A DNA stretch of 64,000 bases from NCBI GenBank assembly GCA_965235115.1, contig OZ249436.1, positions 8,062,001 through 8,126,000 of the forward strand, in the 5' to 3' direction. This DNA comes from Laetmonice hystrix. Taxonomy: Eukaryota. The stretch's first letter is position 1. Each line of letters starts with the position of its first letter. Shown here in pieces: positions 30,094 through 44,250 of this stretch. The notes below the pieces were generated by a model, which ran no database searches, was not told where the DNA came from, and worked only from the letters and a program-made list of their open reading frames with translations. A program made the position numbers and the translations under genes.

Positions 30094-33000
30094 AAAGGCA
30101 CGGAAACATGAAACATGAGGCGTCCCTACATTTCTGGCTACAGTTGTATAGAAGCAAACACTACAGTGATGCCAAAGAGTACAGGGAGGCCAAACAGTAC
30201 ATTGAGGAATCCCTACAAGGTCCTGCATTGCCTAATACCCAAGGGAACACTACAGTGGGGCCGAACAGTACAGTGAGGCCAATTAGTATACTGTGAGGCC
30301 AAGCACTACGAGAGGCCAATCAGTACTCTGGGAAGTCTCTACATCTTATCGGCTGGCCTACTACCCATGCAAATAGTTCAGTGAGCTAGTGGAAATGAAA
30401 GATATAGGAGAGGGGCATCTAATGTTAAAATTTGGAGAAGATACTCAAATGGGAAGTAGATATCTCACAACCATTTATCTATAGCGAACGTACGAGACCT
30501 ATAGAGGTGACAGTTATACATCTGGCCTAACAATCATAATTTTGGGGTCGTAATTTCAATTTGACGTATCAAAAATGAAGCCATTTTTCGCTTATCATTG
30601 TCTCTCCCATAAGCGCCATAGGTGCCTGCCAGCCCGGCCAGGTATAAGGTGGTGATTACATGGGTAGCCGGAAGGTGGCAGTGCAGTCGGAGGGAGGCCG
30701 CTTCATTACTGCACCCTGGTGTTTGCTTCCAACCTCTCTGTCATCTGTTTCCACTTGGGGATGGGATATCTGATATAGAAAGGCGAACAACGTCATTTGC
30801 CATTGTTAATTAAGCCTTTACGGCAAACATCCACTGGGTCTAACATACAACGTTGTCGGACGCTTACAGGTGGTCAGTAGGGGACACAGATTACATGGGG
30901 GTAAATGATGGACGAAACGGATGGCCTGCCTCCTGGACAATAAAGGCATGGAAACATGAAACATGAGGCGTCCCTACATTTCTGGCTACAGTTGTATAGA
31001 AGCAAACAGTACAGTGATGCACAGGGAGGCCAAACAGTACAGTGAGGAATCCCTACAAGGTGCTGTATTGCCTAATACCCAAGCAAACACTACAGTGAGG
31101 CCGAACAGTACAGTGAGGCCAATTAGTATACTGTGAGGCCAAGCACTACGAGAGGCTAATCAGTACTCTGGGAAGTCTCTACATCTTATCGGCTGGCCTA
31201 CTACCCATGCAAATAGTTCAGTGAGGTAGTGGAAATGAAAGATATAGGAGAGGGGCATCTAATGTTAGAATTTGGAGAAGATACTCAAATGGGAAGTAGA
31301 TATCTCACAACCATTTATCTATAGCGAACGTACGAGACCTATAGAGGTGACAGTTATACATCTGGCCTAACAATCATAATTTGGGGGGCGTAATTTCAAT
31401 TTGACGTATCAAAAATGAAGCCATATTTCGCTTATCATTGTCTCTCCCATAAGCGCCATAGGTGCCTGCCAGCCCGGCCAGGTATAAGGTGGTGATTACA
31501 TGGGTAGCCGGAAGGTGGCAGTGCAGTCGGAGGGAGGCCGCTTCATTACTGCACCCTGGTGTTTGCCTCCAACCTCTCTGTCATCTGTTTCTACTTGGGG
31601 ATGGGATATCTGATATAGAAAGGCGAACAACGTCATTTGCCATTGTTAATTAAGCCTTTACGGCAAACATCCACTGGGTCTACCATACAACGTTGTCGGA
31701 CGCTTACAGGTGGTTAGTAGGGGACACAGATTACATGGGGGTAAATGATGGACGAAACGGATGGCCTGCCTCCTGGACAATAAAGGCATGGAAACATGAA
31801 ACATGAGGCGTCCCTACATTTCTGGCTACAGTTGTATAGAAGCAAACAGTACAGTGATGCACAGGGAGGCCAAACAGTACAGTGAGGAATCCCTACAAGG
31901 TGCTGTATTGCCTAATACCCAAGCAAACACTACAGTGAGGCTGAACAGTACAGTGAGGCCAATTAGTATACTGTGAGGCCAAGCACTACGAGAGGCTAAT
32001 CAGTACTCTGGGAAGTCTCTACATCTTATCGGCTGGCCTACTACCCATGCAAATAGTTCAGTGAGGTAGTGGAAATGAAAGATATAGGAGAGGGGCATCT
32101 AATGTTAGAATTTGGAGAAGATACTCAAATGGGAAGTAGATATCTCACAACCATTTATCTATAGCGAACGTACGAGACCTATAGAGGTGACAGTTATACA
32201 TCTGGCCTAACAATCATAATTTGGGGGGCGTAATTTCAATTTGACGTATCAAAAATGAAGCCATATTTCGCTTATCATTGTCTCTCCCCTAAGCGCCATA
32301 GGTGCCTGCCAGCCCGGCCAGGTATAAGGTGGTGATTACATGGGTAGCCGGAAGGTGGCAGTGCAGTCGGAGGGAGGCCGCTTCATTACTGCACCCTGGT
32401 GTTTGCTTCCAACCTCTCTGTCATCTGTTTCCACTTGGGGATGGGATATCTGATATAGAAAGGCGAACAACGTCATTTGCCATTGTTAATTAAGCCTTTA
32501 CGGCAAACATCCACTGGGTCTAACATACAACGTTGTCGGACGCTTACAGGTGGTCAGTAGGGGACACAGATTACATGGGGGTAAATGATGGACGAAACGG
32601 ATGGCCTGCCTCCTGGACAATAAAGGCATGGAAACATGAAACATGAGGCGTCCCTACATTTCTGGCTACAGTTGTATAGAAGCAAACAGTACAGTGATGC
32701 ACAGGGAGGCCAAACAGTACAGTGAGGAATCCCTACAAGGTGCTGTATTGCCTAATACCCAAGCAAACACTACAGTGAGGCCGAACAGTACAGTGAGGCC
32801 AATTAGTATACTGTGAGGCCAAGCACTACGAGAGGCTAATCAGTACTCTGGGAAGTCTCTACATCTTATCGGCGGGCCTACTACCCATGCAAATAGTTCA
32901 GTGAGGTAGTGGAAATGAAAGATATAGGAGAGGGGCATCTAATGTTAGAATTTGGAGAAGATACTCAAATGGGAAGTAGATATCTCACAACCATTTATCT

Positions 33001-34312
33001 ATAGCGAACGTACGAGACCTATAGAGGTGACAGTTATACATCTGGCCTAACAATCATAATTTGGGGGGCGTAATTTCAATTTGACGTATCAAAAATGAAA
33101 CCATATTTCGCTTATCATTGTCTCTCCCATAAGCGCCATAGGTGCCTGCCAGCCCGGCCAGGTATAAGGTGGTGATTACATGGGTAGCCGGAAGGTGGCA
33201 GTGCAGTCGGAGGGAGGCCGCTTCATTACTGCACCCTGGTGTTTGCTTCCAACCTCTCTGTCATCTGTTTCCACTTGGGGATGGGATATCTGATATAGAA
33301 AGGCGAACAACGTCATTTGCCATTGTTAATTAAGCCTTTACGGCAAACATCCACTGGGTCTACCATACAACGTTGTCGGACGCTTACAGGTGGTCAGTAG
33401 GGGACACAGATTACATGGGGGTAAATGATGGACGAAACGGATGGCCTGCCTCCTGGACAATAAAGGCATGGAAACATGAAACATGAGGCGTCCCTACATT
33501 TCTGGCTACAGTTGTATAGAAGCAAACAGTACAGTGATGCACAGGGAGGCCAAACAGTACAGTGAGGAATCCCTACAAGGTGCTGTATTGCCTAATACCC
33601 AAGCAAACACTACAGTGAGGCCGAACAGTACAGTGAGGCCAATTAGTATACTGTGAGGCCAAGCACTACGAGAGGCTAATCAGTACTCTGGGAAGTCTCT
33701 ACATCTTATCGGCGGGCCTACTACCCATGCAAATAGTTCAGTGAGGTAGTGGAAATGAAAGATATAGGAGAGGGGCATCTAATGTTAGAATTTGGAGAAG
33801 ATACTCAAATGGGAAGTAGATATCTCACAACCATTTATCTATTGCGAACGTACGAGACCTATAGAGGTGACAGTTATACATCTGGCCTAACAATCATAAT
33901 TTGGGGGGCGTAATTTCAATTTGACGTATCAAAAATGAAGCCATATTTCGCTTATCATTGTCTCTCCCCTAAGCGCCACAGGTGCCTGCCAGCCCGGCCA
34001 GGTATAAGGTGGTGATTACATGGGTAGCCGGAAGGTGGCAGTGCAGTCGGAGGGAGGCCGCTTCATTACTGCACCCTGGTGTTTGCTTCCAACCTCTCTG
34101 TCATCTGTTTCCACTTGGGGATGGGATATCTGATATAGAAAGGCGAACAACGTCATTTGCCATTGTTAATTAAGCCTTTACGGCAAACATCCACTGGGTC
34201 TAACATACAACGTTGTCGGACGCTTACAGGTGGTCAGTAGGGGACACAGATTACATGGGGGTAAATGATGGACGAAACGGATGGCCTGCCTCCTGGACAA
34301 TAAAAGCGTGGA

Positions 34313-34506
34313 GGGAATGGTATTTGGGGTTTTACGCCTTGCAACAGCCAGGGTCATATCACGGCGGTGAAGATGATGATGATGATGAAAGTCAGTTTTT
34401 CCTGGCGGAGGAAACCGGAGTGCCCGGAGAACCACCGACCTTCGGGAAGGAACTGACTGACAAACCTTTCACACATGCAGCCCTGGCCGGGGATCGAACC
34501 CGGACC
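34313..34506 (-). mobile_element. same SINE, array unit 13
   Basis: Copy of 25274-25467 at the same unit position. Confidence 0.85.
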
Positions 34507-36205
34507 AAAGGCACGGAAACATGAAACATGAGGCGTCCCTACATTTCTGGCTACAGTTGTATAGAAGCAAACACTACAGTGATGCCAAAGAGTACAGGGA
34601 GGCCAAACAGTACATTGAGGAATCCCTACAAGGTCCTGCATTGCCTAATACCCAAGGAAACACTACAGTGGGGCCGAACAGTACAGTGAGGCCAATTAGT
34701 ATACTGTGAGGCCAAGCACTACGAGAGGCCAATCAGTACTCTGGGAAGTCTCTACATCTTATCGGCTGGCCTACTACCCATGCAAATAGTTCAGTGAGCT
34801 AGTGGAAATGAAAGATATAGGAGAGGGGCATCTAATGTTAAAATTTGGAGAAGATACTCAAATGGGAAGTAGATATCTCACAACCATTTATCTATAGCGA
34901 ACGTACGAGACCTATAGAGGTGACAGTTATACATCTGGCCTAACAATCATAATTTTGGGGTCGTAATTTCAATTTGACGTATCAAAAATGAAGCCATTTT
35001 TCGCTTATCATTGTCTCTCCCATAAGCGCCATAGGTGCCTGCCAGCCCGGCCAGGTATAAGGTGGTGATTACATGGGTAGCCGGAAGGTGGCAGTGCAGT
35101 CGGAGGGAGGCCGCTTCATTACTGCACCCTGGTGTTTGCTTCCAACCTCTCTGTCATCTGTTTCCACTTGGGGATGGGATATCTGATATAGAAAGGCGAA
35201 CAACGTCATTTGCCATTGTTAATTAAGCCTTTACGGCAAACATCCACTGGGTCTAACATACAACGTTGTCGGACGCTTACAGGTGGTCAGTAGGGGACAC
35301 AGATTACATGGGGGTAAATGATGGACGAAACGGATGGCCTGCCTCCTGGACAATAAAGGCATGGAAACATGAAACATGAGGCGTCCCTACATTTCTGGCT
35401 ACAGTTGTATAGAAGCAAACAGTACAGTGATGCACAGGGAGGCCAAACAGTACAGTGAGGAATCCCTACAAGGTGCTGTATTGCCTAATACCCAAGCAAA
35501 CACTACAGTGAGGCCGAACAGTACAGTGAGGCCAATTAGTATACTGTGAGGCCAAGCACTACGAGAGGCTAATCAGTACTCTGGGAAGTCTCTACATCTT
35601 ATCGGCGGGCCTACTACCCATGCAAATAGTTCAGTGAGGTAGTGGAAATGAAAGATATAGGAGAGGGGCATCTAATGTTAGAATTTGGAGAAGATACTCA
35701 AATGGGAAGTAGATATCTCACAACCATTTATCTATAGCGAACGTACGAGACCTATAGAGGTGACAGTTATACATCTGGCCTAACAATCATAATTTGGGGG
35801 GCGTAATTTCAATTTGACGTATCAAAAATGAAGCCATATTTCGCTTATCAGTGTCTCTCCCCTAAGCGCCACAGGTGCCTGCCAGCCCGGCCAGGTATAA
35901 GGTGGTGATTACATGGGTAGCCGGAAGGTGGCAGTGCAGTCGGAGGGAGGCCGCTTCATTACTGCACCCTGGTGTTTGCTTCCAACCTCTCTGTCATCTG
36001 TTTCCACTTGGGGATGGGATATCTGATATAGAAAGGCGAACAACGTCATTTGCCATTGTTAATTAAGCCTTTACGGCAAACATCCACTGGGTCTAACATA
36101 CAACGTTGTCGGACGCTTACAGGTGGTCAGTAGGGGACACAGATTACATGGGGGTAAATGATGGACGAAACGGATGGCCTGCCTCCTGGACAATAAAAGC
36201 GTGGA

Positions 36206-36399
36206 GGGAATGGTATTTGGGGTTTTACGCCTTGCAACAGCCAGGGTCATATCACGGCGGTGAAGATGATGATGATGATGAAAGTCAGTTTTTCCTGGCG
36301 GAGGAAACCGGAGTGCCCGGAGAACCACCGACCTTCGGGAAGGAACTGACTGACAAACCTTTCACACATGCAGCCCTGGCCGGGGATCGAACCCGGACC
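36206..36399 (-). mobile_element. same SINE, array unit 15
   Basis: Copy of 25274-25467 at the same unit position. Confidence 0.85.
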
Positions 36400-38098
36400 A
36401 AAGGCACGGAAACATGAAACATGAGGCGTCCCTACATTTCTGGCTACAGTTGTATAGAAGCAAACACTACAGTGATGCCAAAGAGTACAGGGAGGCCAAA
36501 CAGTACATTGAGGAATCCCTACAAGGTCCTGCATTGCCTAATACCCAAGGAAACACTACAGTGGGGCCGAACAGTACAGTGAGGCCAATTAGTATACTGT
36601 GAGGCCAAGCACTACGAGAGGCCAATCAGTACTCTGGGAAGTCTCTACATCTTATCGGCTGGCCTACTACCCATGCAAATAGTTCAGTGAGCTAGTGGAA
36701 ATGAAAGATATAGGAGAGGGGCATCTAATGTTAAAATTTGGAGAAGATACTCAAATGGGAAGTAGATATCTCACAACCATTTATCTATAGCGAACGTACG
36801 AGACCTATAGAGGTGACAGTTATACATCTGGCCTAACAATCATAATTTTGGGGTCGTAATTTCAATTTGACGTATCAAAAATGAAGCCATTTTTCGCTTA
36901 TCATTGTCTCTCCCATAAGCGCCATAGGTGCCTGCCAGCCCGGCCAGGTATAAGGTGGTGATTACATGGGTAGCCGGAAGGTGGCAGTGCAGTCGGAGGG
37001 AGGCCGCTTCATTACTGCACCCTGGTGTTTGCTTCCAACCTCTCTGTCATCTGTTTCCACTTGGGGATGGGATATCTGATATAGAAAGGCGAACAACGTC
37101 ATTTGCCATTGTTAATTAAGCCTTTACGGCAAACATCCACTGGGTCTAACATACAACGTTGTCGGACGCTTACAGGTGGTCAGTAGGGGACACAGATTAC
37201 ATGGGGGTAAATGATGGACGAAACGGATGGCCTGCCTCCTGGACAATAAAGGCATGGAAACATGAAACATGAGGCGTCCCTACATTTCTGGCTACAGTTG
37301 TATAGAAGCAAACAGTACAGTGATGCACAGGGAGGCCAAACAGTACAGTGAGGAATCCCTACAAGGTGCTGTATTGCCTAATACCCAAGCAAACACTACA
37401 GTGAGGCCGAACAGTACAGTGAGGCCAATTAGTATACTGTGAGGCCAAGCACTACGAGAGGCTAATCAGTACTCTGGGAAGTCTCTACATCTTATCGGCG
37501 GGCCTACTACCCATGCAAATAGTTCAGTGAGGTAGTGGAAATGAAAGATATAGGAGAGGGGCATCTAATGTTAGAATTTGGAGAAGATACTCAAATGGGA
37601 AGTAGATATCTCACAACCATTTATCTATAGCGAACGTACGAGACCTATAGAGGTGACAGTTATACATCTGGCCTAACAATCATAATTTGGGGGGCGTAAT
37701 TTCAATTTGACGTATCAAAAATGAAGCCATATTTCGCTTATCAGTGTCTCTCCCCTAAGCGCCACAGGTGCCTGCCAGCCCGGCCAGGTATAAGGTGGTG
37801 ATTACATGGGTAGCCGGAAGGTGGCAGTGCAGTCGGAGGGAGGCCGCTTCATTACTGCACCCTGGTGTTTGCTTCCAACCTCTCTGTCATCTGTTTCCAC
37901 TTGGGGATGGGATATCTGATATAGAAAGGCGAACAACGTCATTTGCCATTGTTAATTAAGCCTTTACGGCAAACATCCACTGGGTCTAACATACAACGTT
38001 GTCGGACGCTTACAGGTGGTCAGTAGGGGACACAGATTACATGGGGGTAAATGATGGACGAAACGGATGGCCTGCCTCCTGGACAATAAAAGCGTGGA

Positions 38099-38292
38099 GG
38101 GAATGGTATTTGGGGTTTTACGCCTTGCAACAGCCAGGGTCATATCACGGCGGTGAAGATGATGATGATGATGAAAGTCAGTTTTTCCTGGCGGAGGAAA
38201 CCGGAGTGCCCGGAGAACCACCGACCTTCGGGAAGGAACTGACTGACAAACCTTTCACACATGCAGCCCTGGCCGGGGATCGAACCCGGACC
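38099..38292 (-). mobile_element. same SINE, array unit 17
   Basis: Copy of 25274-25467 at the same unit position. Confidence 0.85.
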
Positions 38293-39991
38293 AAAGGCAC
38301 GGAAACATGAAACATGAGGCGTCCCTACATTTCTGGCTACAGTTGTATAGAAGCAAACACTACAGTGATGCCAAAGAGTACAGGGAGGCCAAACAGTACA
38401 TTGAGGAATCCCTACAAGGTCCTGCATTGCCTAATACCCAAGGAAACACTACAGTGGGGCCGAACAGTACAGTGAGGCCAATTAGTATACTGTGAGGCCA
38501 AGCACTACGAGAGGCCAATCAGTACTCTGGGAAGTCTCTACATCTTATCGGCTGGCCTACTACCCATGCAAATAGTTCAGTGAGCTAGTGGAAATGAAAG
38601 ATATAGGAGAGGGGCATCTAATGTTAAAATTTGGAGAAGATACTCAAATGGGAAGTAGATATCTCACAACCATTTATCTATAGCGAACGTACGAGACCTA
38701 TAGAGGTGACAGTTATACATCTGGCCTAACAATCATAATTTTGGGGTCGTAATTTCAATTTGACGTATCAAAAATGAAGCCATTTTTCGCTTATCATTGT
38801 CTCTCCCATAAGCGCCATAGGTGCCTGCCAGCCCGGCCAGGTATAAGGTGGTGATTACATGGGTAGCCGGAAGGTGGCAGTGCAGTCGGAGGGAGGCCGC
38901 TTCATTACTGCACCCTGGTGTTTGCTTCCAACCTCTCTGTCATCTGTTTCCACTTGGGGATGGGATATCTGATATAGAAAGGCGAACAACGTCATTTGCC
39001 ATTGTTAATTAAGCCTTTACGGCAAACATCCACTGGGTCTAACATACAACGTTGTCGGACGCTTACAGGTGGTCAGTAGGGGACACAGATTACATGGGGG
39101 TAAATGATGGACGAAACGGATGGCCTGCCTCCTGGACAATAAAGGCATGGAAACATGAAACATGAGGCGTCCCTACATTTCTGGCTACAGTTGTATAGAA
39201 GCAAACAGTACAGTGATGCACAGGGAGGCCAAACAGTACAGTGAGGAATCCCTACAAGGTGCTGTATTGCCTAATACCCAAGCAAACACTACAGTGAGGC
39301 TGAACAGTACAGTGAGGCCAATTAGTATACTGTGAGGCCAAGCACTACGAGAGGCTAATCAGTACTCTGGGAAGTCTCTACATCTTATCGGCTGGCCTAC
39401 TACCCATGCAAATAGTTCAGTGAGGTAGTGGAAATGAAAGATATAGGAGAGGGGCATCTAATGTTAGAATTTGGAGAAGATACTCAAATGGGAAGTAGAT
39501 ATCTCACAACCATTTATCTATAGCGAACGTACGAGACCTATAGAGGTGACAGTTATACATCTGGCCTAACAATCATAATTTGGGGGGCGTAATTTCAATT
39601 TGACGTATCAAAAATGAAGCCATATTTCGCTTATCATTGTCTCTCCCCTAAGCGCCATAGGTGCCTGCCAGCCCGGCCAGGTATAAGGTGGTGATTACAT
39701 GGGTAGCCGGAAGGTGGCAGTGCAGTCGGAGGGAGGCCGCTTCATTACTGCACCCTGGTGTTTGCTTCCAACCTCTCTGTCATCTGTTTCCACTTGGGGA
39801 TGGGATATCTGATATAGAAAGGCGAACAACGTCATTTGCCATTGTTAATTAAGCCTTTACGGCAAACATCCACTGGGTCTAACATACAACGTTGTCGGAC
39901 GCTTACAGGTGGTCAGTAGGGGACACAGATTACATGGGGGTAAATGATGGACGAAACGGATGGCCTGCCTCCTGGACAATAAAAGCGTGGA

Positions 39992-40185
39992 GGGAATGGT
40001 ATTTGGGGTTTTACGCCTTGCAACAGCCAGGGTCATATCACGGCGGTGAAGATGATGATGATGATGAAAGTCAGTTTTTCCTGGCGGAGGAAACCGGAGT
40101 GCCCGGAGAACCACCGACCTTCGGGAAGGAACTGACTGACAAACCTTTCACACATGCAGCCCTGGCCGGGGATCGAACCCGGACC
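39992..40185 (-). mobile_element. same SINE, array unit 19
   Basis: Copy of 25274-25467 at the same unit position. Confidence 0.85.
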
Positions 40186-42724
40186 AAAGGCACGGAAACA
40201 TGAAACATGAGGCGTCCCTACATTTCTGGCTACAGTTGTATAGAAGCAAACACTACAGTGATGCCAAAGAGTACAGGGAGGCCAAACAGTACATTGAGGA
40301 ATCCCTACAAGGTCCTGCATTGCCTAATACCCAAGGAAACACTACAGTGGGGCCGAACAGTACAGTGAGGCCAATTAGTATACTGTGAGGCCAAGCACTA
40401 CGAGAGGCCAATCAGTACTCTGGGAAGTCTCTACATCTTATCGGCTGGCCTACTACCCATGCAAATAGTTCAGTGAGCTAGTGGAAATGAAAGATATAGG
40501 AGAGGGGCATCTAATGTTAAAATTTGGAGAAGATACTCAAATGGGAAGTAGATATCTCACAACCATTTATCTATAGCGAACGTACGAGACCTATAGAGGT
40601 GACAGTTATACATCTGGCCTAACAATCATAATTTTGGGGTCGTAATTTCAATTTGACGTATCAAAAATGAAGCCATTTTTCGCTTATCATTGTCTCTCCC
40701 ATAAGCGCCATAGGTGCCTGCCAGCCCGGCCAGGTATAAGGTGGTGATTACATGGGTAGCCGGAAGGTGGCAGTGCAGTCGGAGGGAGGCCGCTTCATTA
40801 CTGCACCCTGGTGTTTGCTTCCAACCTCTCTGTCATCTGTTTCCACTTGGGGATGGGATATCTGATATAGAAAGGCGAACAACGTCATTTGCCATTGTTA
40901 ATTAAGCCTTTACGGCAAACATCCACTGGGTCTAACATACAACGTTGTCGGACGCTTACAGGTGGTCAGTAGGGGACACAGATTACATGGGGGTAAATGA
41001 TGGACGAAACGGATGGCCTGCCTCCTGGACAATAAAGGCATGGAAACATGAAACATGAGGCGTCCCTACATTTCTGGCTACAGTTGTATAGAAGCAAACA
41101 GTACAGTGATGCACAGGGAGGCCAAACAGTACAGTGAGGAATCCCTACAAGGTGCTGTATTGCCTAATACCCAAGCAAACACTACAGTGAGGCCGAACAG
41201 TACAGTGAGGCCAATTAGTATACTGTGAGGCCAAGCACTACGAGAGGCTAATCAGTACTCTGGGAAGTCTCTACATCTTATCGGCGGGCCTACTACCCAT
41301 GCAAATAGTTCAGTGAGGTAGTGGAAATGAAAGATATAGGAGAGGGGCATCTAATGTTAGAATTTGGAGAAGATACTCAAATGGGAAGTAGATATCTCAC
41401 AACCATTTATCTATAGCGAACGTACGAGACCTATAGAGGTGACAGTTATACATCTGGCCTAACAATCATAATTTGGGGGGCGTAATTTCAATTTGACGTA
41501 TCAAAAATGAAGCCATATTTCGCTTATCATTGTCTCTCCCATAAGCGCCATAGGTGCCTGCCAGCCCGGCCAGGTATAAGGTGGTGATTACATGGGTAGC
41601 CGGAAGGTGGCAGTGCAGTCGGAGGGAGGCCGCTTCATTACTGCACCCTGGTGTTTGCTTCCAACCTCTCTGTCATCTGTTTCCACTTGGGGATGGGATA
41701 TCTGATATAGAAAGGCGAACAACGTCATTTGCCATTGTTAATTAAGCCTTTACGGCAAACATCCACTGGGTCTACCATACAACGTTGTCGGACGCTTACA
41801 GGTGGTCAGTAGGGGACACAGATTACATGGGGGTAAATGATGGACGAAACGGATGGCCTGCCTCCTGGACAATAAAGGCATGGAAACATGAAACATGAGG
41901 CGTCCCTACATTTCTGGCTACAGTTGTATAGAAGCAAACAGTACAGTGATGCACAGGGAGGCCAAACAGTACAGTGAGGAATCCCTACAAGGTGCTGTAT
42001 TGCCTAATACCCAAGCAAACACTACAGTGAGGCCGAACAGTACAGTGAGGCCAATTAGTATACTGTGAGGCCAAGCACTACGAGAGGCTAATCAGTACTC
42101 TGGGAAGTCTCTACATCTTATCGGCGGGCCTACTACCCATGCAAATAGTTCAGTGAGGTAGTGGAAATGAAAGATATAGGAGAGGGGCATCTAATGTTAG
42201 AATTTGGAGAAGATACTCAAATGGGAAGTAGATATCTCACAACCATTTATCTATTGCGAACGTACGAGACCTATAGAGGTGACAGTTATACATCTGGCCT
42301 AACAATCATAATTTGGGGGGCGTAATTTCAATTTGACGTATCAAAAATGAAGCCATATTTCGCTTATCATTGTCTCTCCCCTAAGCGCCACAGGTGCCTG
42401 CCAGCCCGGCCAGGTATAAGGTGGTGATTACATGGGTAGCCGGAAGGTGGCAGTGCAGTCGGAGGGAGGCCGCTTCATTACTGCACCCTGGTGTTTGCTT
42501 CCAACCTCTCTGTCATCTGTTTCCACTTGGGGATGGGATATCTGATATAGAAAGGCGAACAACGTCATTTGCCATTGTTAATTAAGCCTTTACGGCAAAC
42601 ATCCACTGGGTCTAACATACAACGTTGTCGGACGCTTACAGGTGGTCAGTAGGGGACACAGATTACATGGGGGTAAATGATGGACGAAACGGATGGCCTG
42701 CCTCCTGGACAATAAAAGCGTGGA

Positions 42725-42918
42725 GGGAATGGTATTTGGGGTTTTACGCCTTGCAACAGCCAGGGTCATATCACGGCGGTGAAGATGATGATGATGATGA
42801 AAGTCAGTTTTTCCTGGTGGAGGAAACCGGAGTGCCCGGAGAACCACCGACCTTCGGGAAGGAACTGACTGACAAACCTTTCACACATGCAGCCCTGGCC
42901 GGGGATCGAACCCGGACC
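42725..42918 (-). mobile_element. same SINE, array unit 22
   Basis: Copy of 25274-25467 at the same unit position (1 SNP; the right target duplication equals the empty-site sequence). Confidence 0.85.
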
Positions 42919-44250
42919 AAAGGCATGGAAACATGAAACATGAGGCGTCCCTACATTTCTGGCTACAGTTGTATAGAAGCAAACACTACAGTGATGCCAA
43001 AGAGTACAGGGAGGCCAAACAGTACATTGAGGAATCCCTACAAGGTCCTGCATTGCCTAATACCCAAGGAAACACTACAGTGGGGCCGAACAGTACAGTG
43101 AGGCCAATTAGTATACTGTGAGGCCAAGCACTACGAGAGGCCAATCAGTACTCTGGGAAGTCTCTACATCTTATCGGCTGGCCTACTACCCATGCAAATA
43201 GTTCAGTGAGCTAGTGGAAATGAAAGATATAGGAGAGGGGCATCTAATGTTAAAATTTGGAGAAGATACTCAAATGGGAAGTAGATATCTCACAACCATT
43301 TATCTATAGCGAACGTACGAGACCTATAGAGGTGACAGTTATACATCTGGCCTAACAATCATAATTTTGGGGTCGTAATTTCAATTTGACGTATCAAAAA
43401 TGAAGCCATTTTTCGCTTATCATTGTCTCTCCCATAAGCGCCATAGGTGCCTGCCAGCCCGGCCAGGTATAAGGTGGTGATTACATGGGTAGCCGGAAGG
43501 TGGCAGTGCAGTCGGAGGGAGGCCGCTTCATTACTGCACCCTGGTGTTTGCTTCCAACCTCTCTGTCATCTGTTTCCACTTGGGGATGGGATATCTGATA
43601 TAGAAAGGCGAACAACGTCATTTGCCATTGTTAATTAAGCCTTTACGGCAAACATCCACTGGGTCTAACATACAACGTTGTCGGACGCTTACAGGTGGTC
43701 AGTAGGGGACACAGATTACATGGGGGTAAATGATGGACGAAACGGATGGCCTGCCTCCTGGACAATAAAGGCATGGAAACATGAAACATGAGGCGTCCCT
43801 ACATTTCTGGCTACAGTTGTATAGAAGCAAACAGTACAGTGATGCCAAAGAGTACAGGGAGGCCAAACAGTACAGTGAGGAATCCCTACAAGGTGCTGTA
43901 TTGCCTAATACCCAAGCAAACACTACAGTGAGGCCGAACAGTACAGTGAGGCCAAATAGTATACTGTGAGGCCGAGCACTACGAGAGGCTAATCAGTACT
44001 CTGGGAAGTCTCTACATCTTATCGGCTGGCCTACTACCCATGCAAACAGTTCAGTGAGGTAGTGGAAATGAAAGATATAGGAGAGGGGCATCTAATGTTA
44101 GAATTTGGAGAAGATACTTAAATGGGAAGTAGATATCTCACAACCATTTATCTATAGCGAACGTACGAGACCTATAGAGGTGACAGTTATACATCTGGCC
44201 TAACAATCATAATTTTGGGGTCGTAATTTCAATTTGACATATCAAAAATG

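Larger units (their letters stand above)
22971..44250. repeat. Tandem array of 23 full units (840 bp short, 1053 bp long) plus a partial 24th
   Basis: Units start GGGAAGTCTC at 22971, 23811, 24651L, 25704, 26544L, 27597, 28437, 29277L, 30330, 31170, 32010, 32850, 33690L, 34743, 35583L, 36636, 37476L, 38529, 39369L, 40422, 41262, 42102L, 43155 (848 bp), 44003 (L = long unit). Units differ by only a few SNPs. Each has an internal ~18-bp subrepeat CAAACAGTACAGTGAGGC. Confidence 0.98.

Noticed and set aside
23263..43969. Repeated ORFs in the array (63 aa MPASPARY.., 85 aa His-run, 103 aa Asp-run, 95 aa, 62 aa)
   Set aside because: Mostly non-ATG starts and no recognisable domain. The His, Asp and Ile runs are three readings of the SINE (GAT)n tract, and the frames are not kept in the diverged copy.
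22971..44250. CRISPR-like interpretation of the array
   Set aside because: Eukaryotic locus, whole units are repeated, no unique spacers and no cas genes
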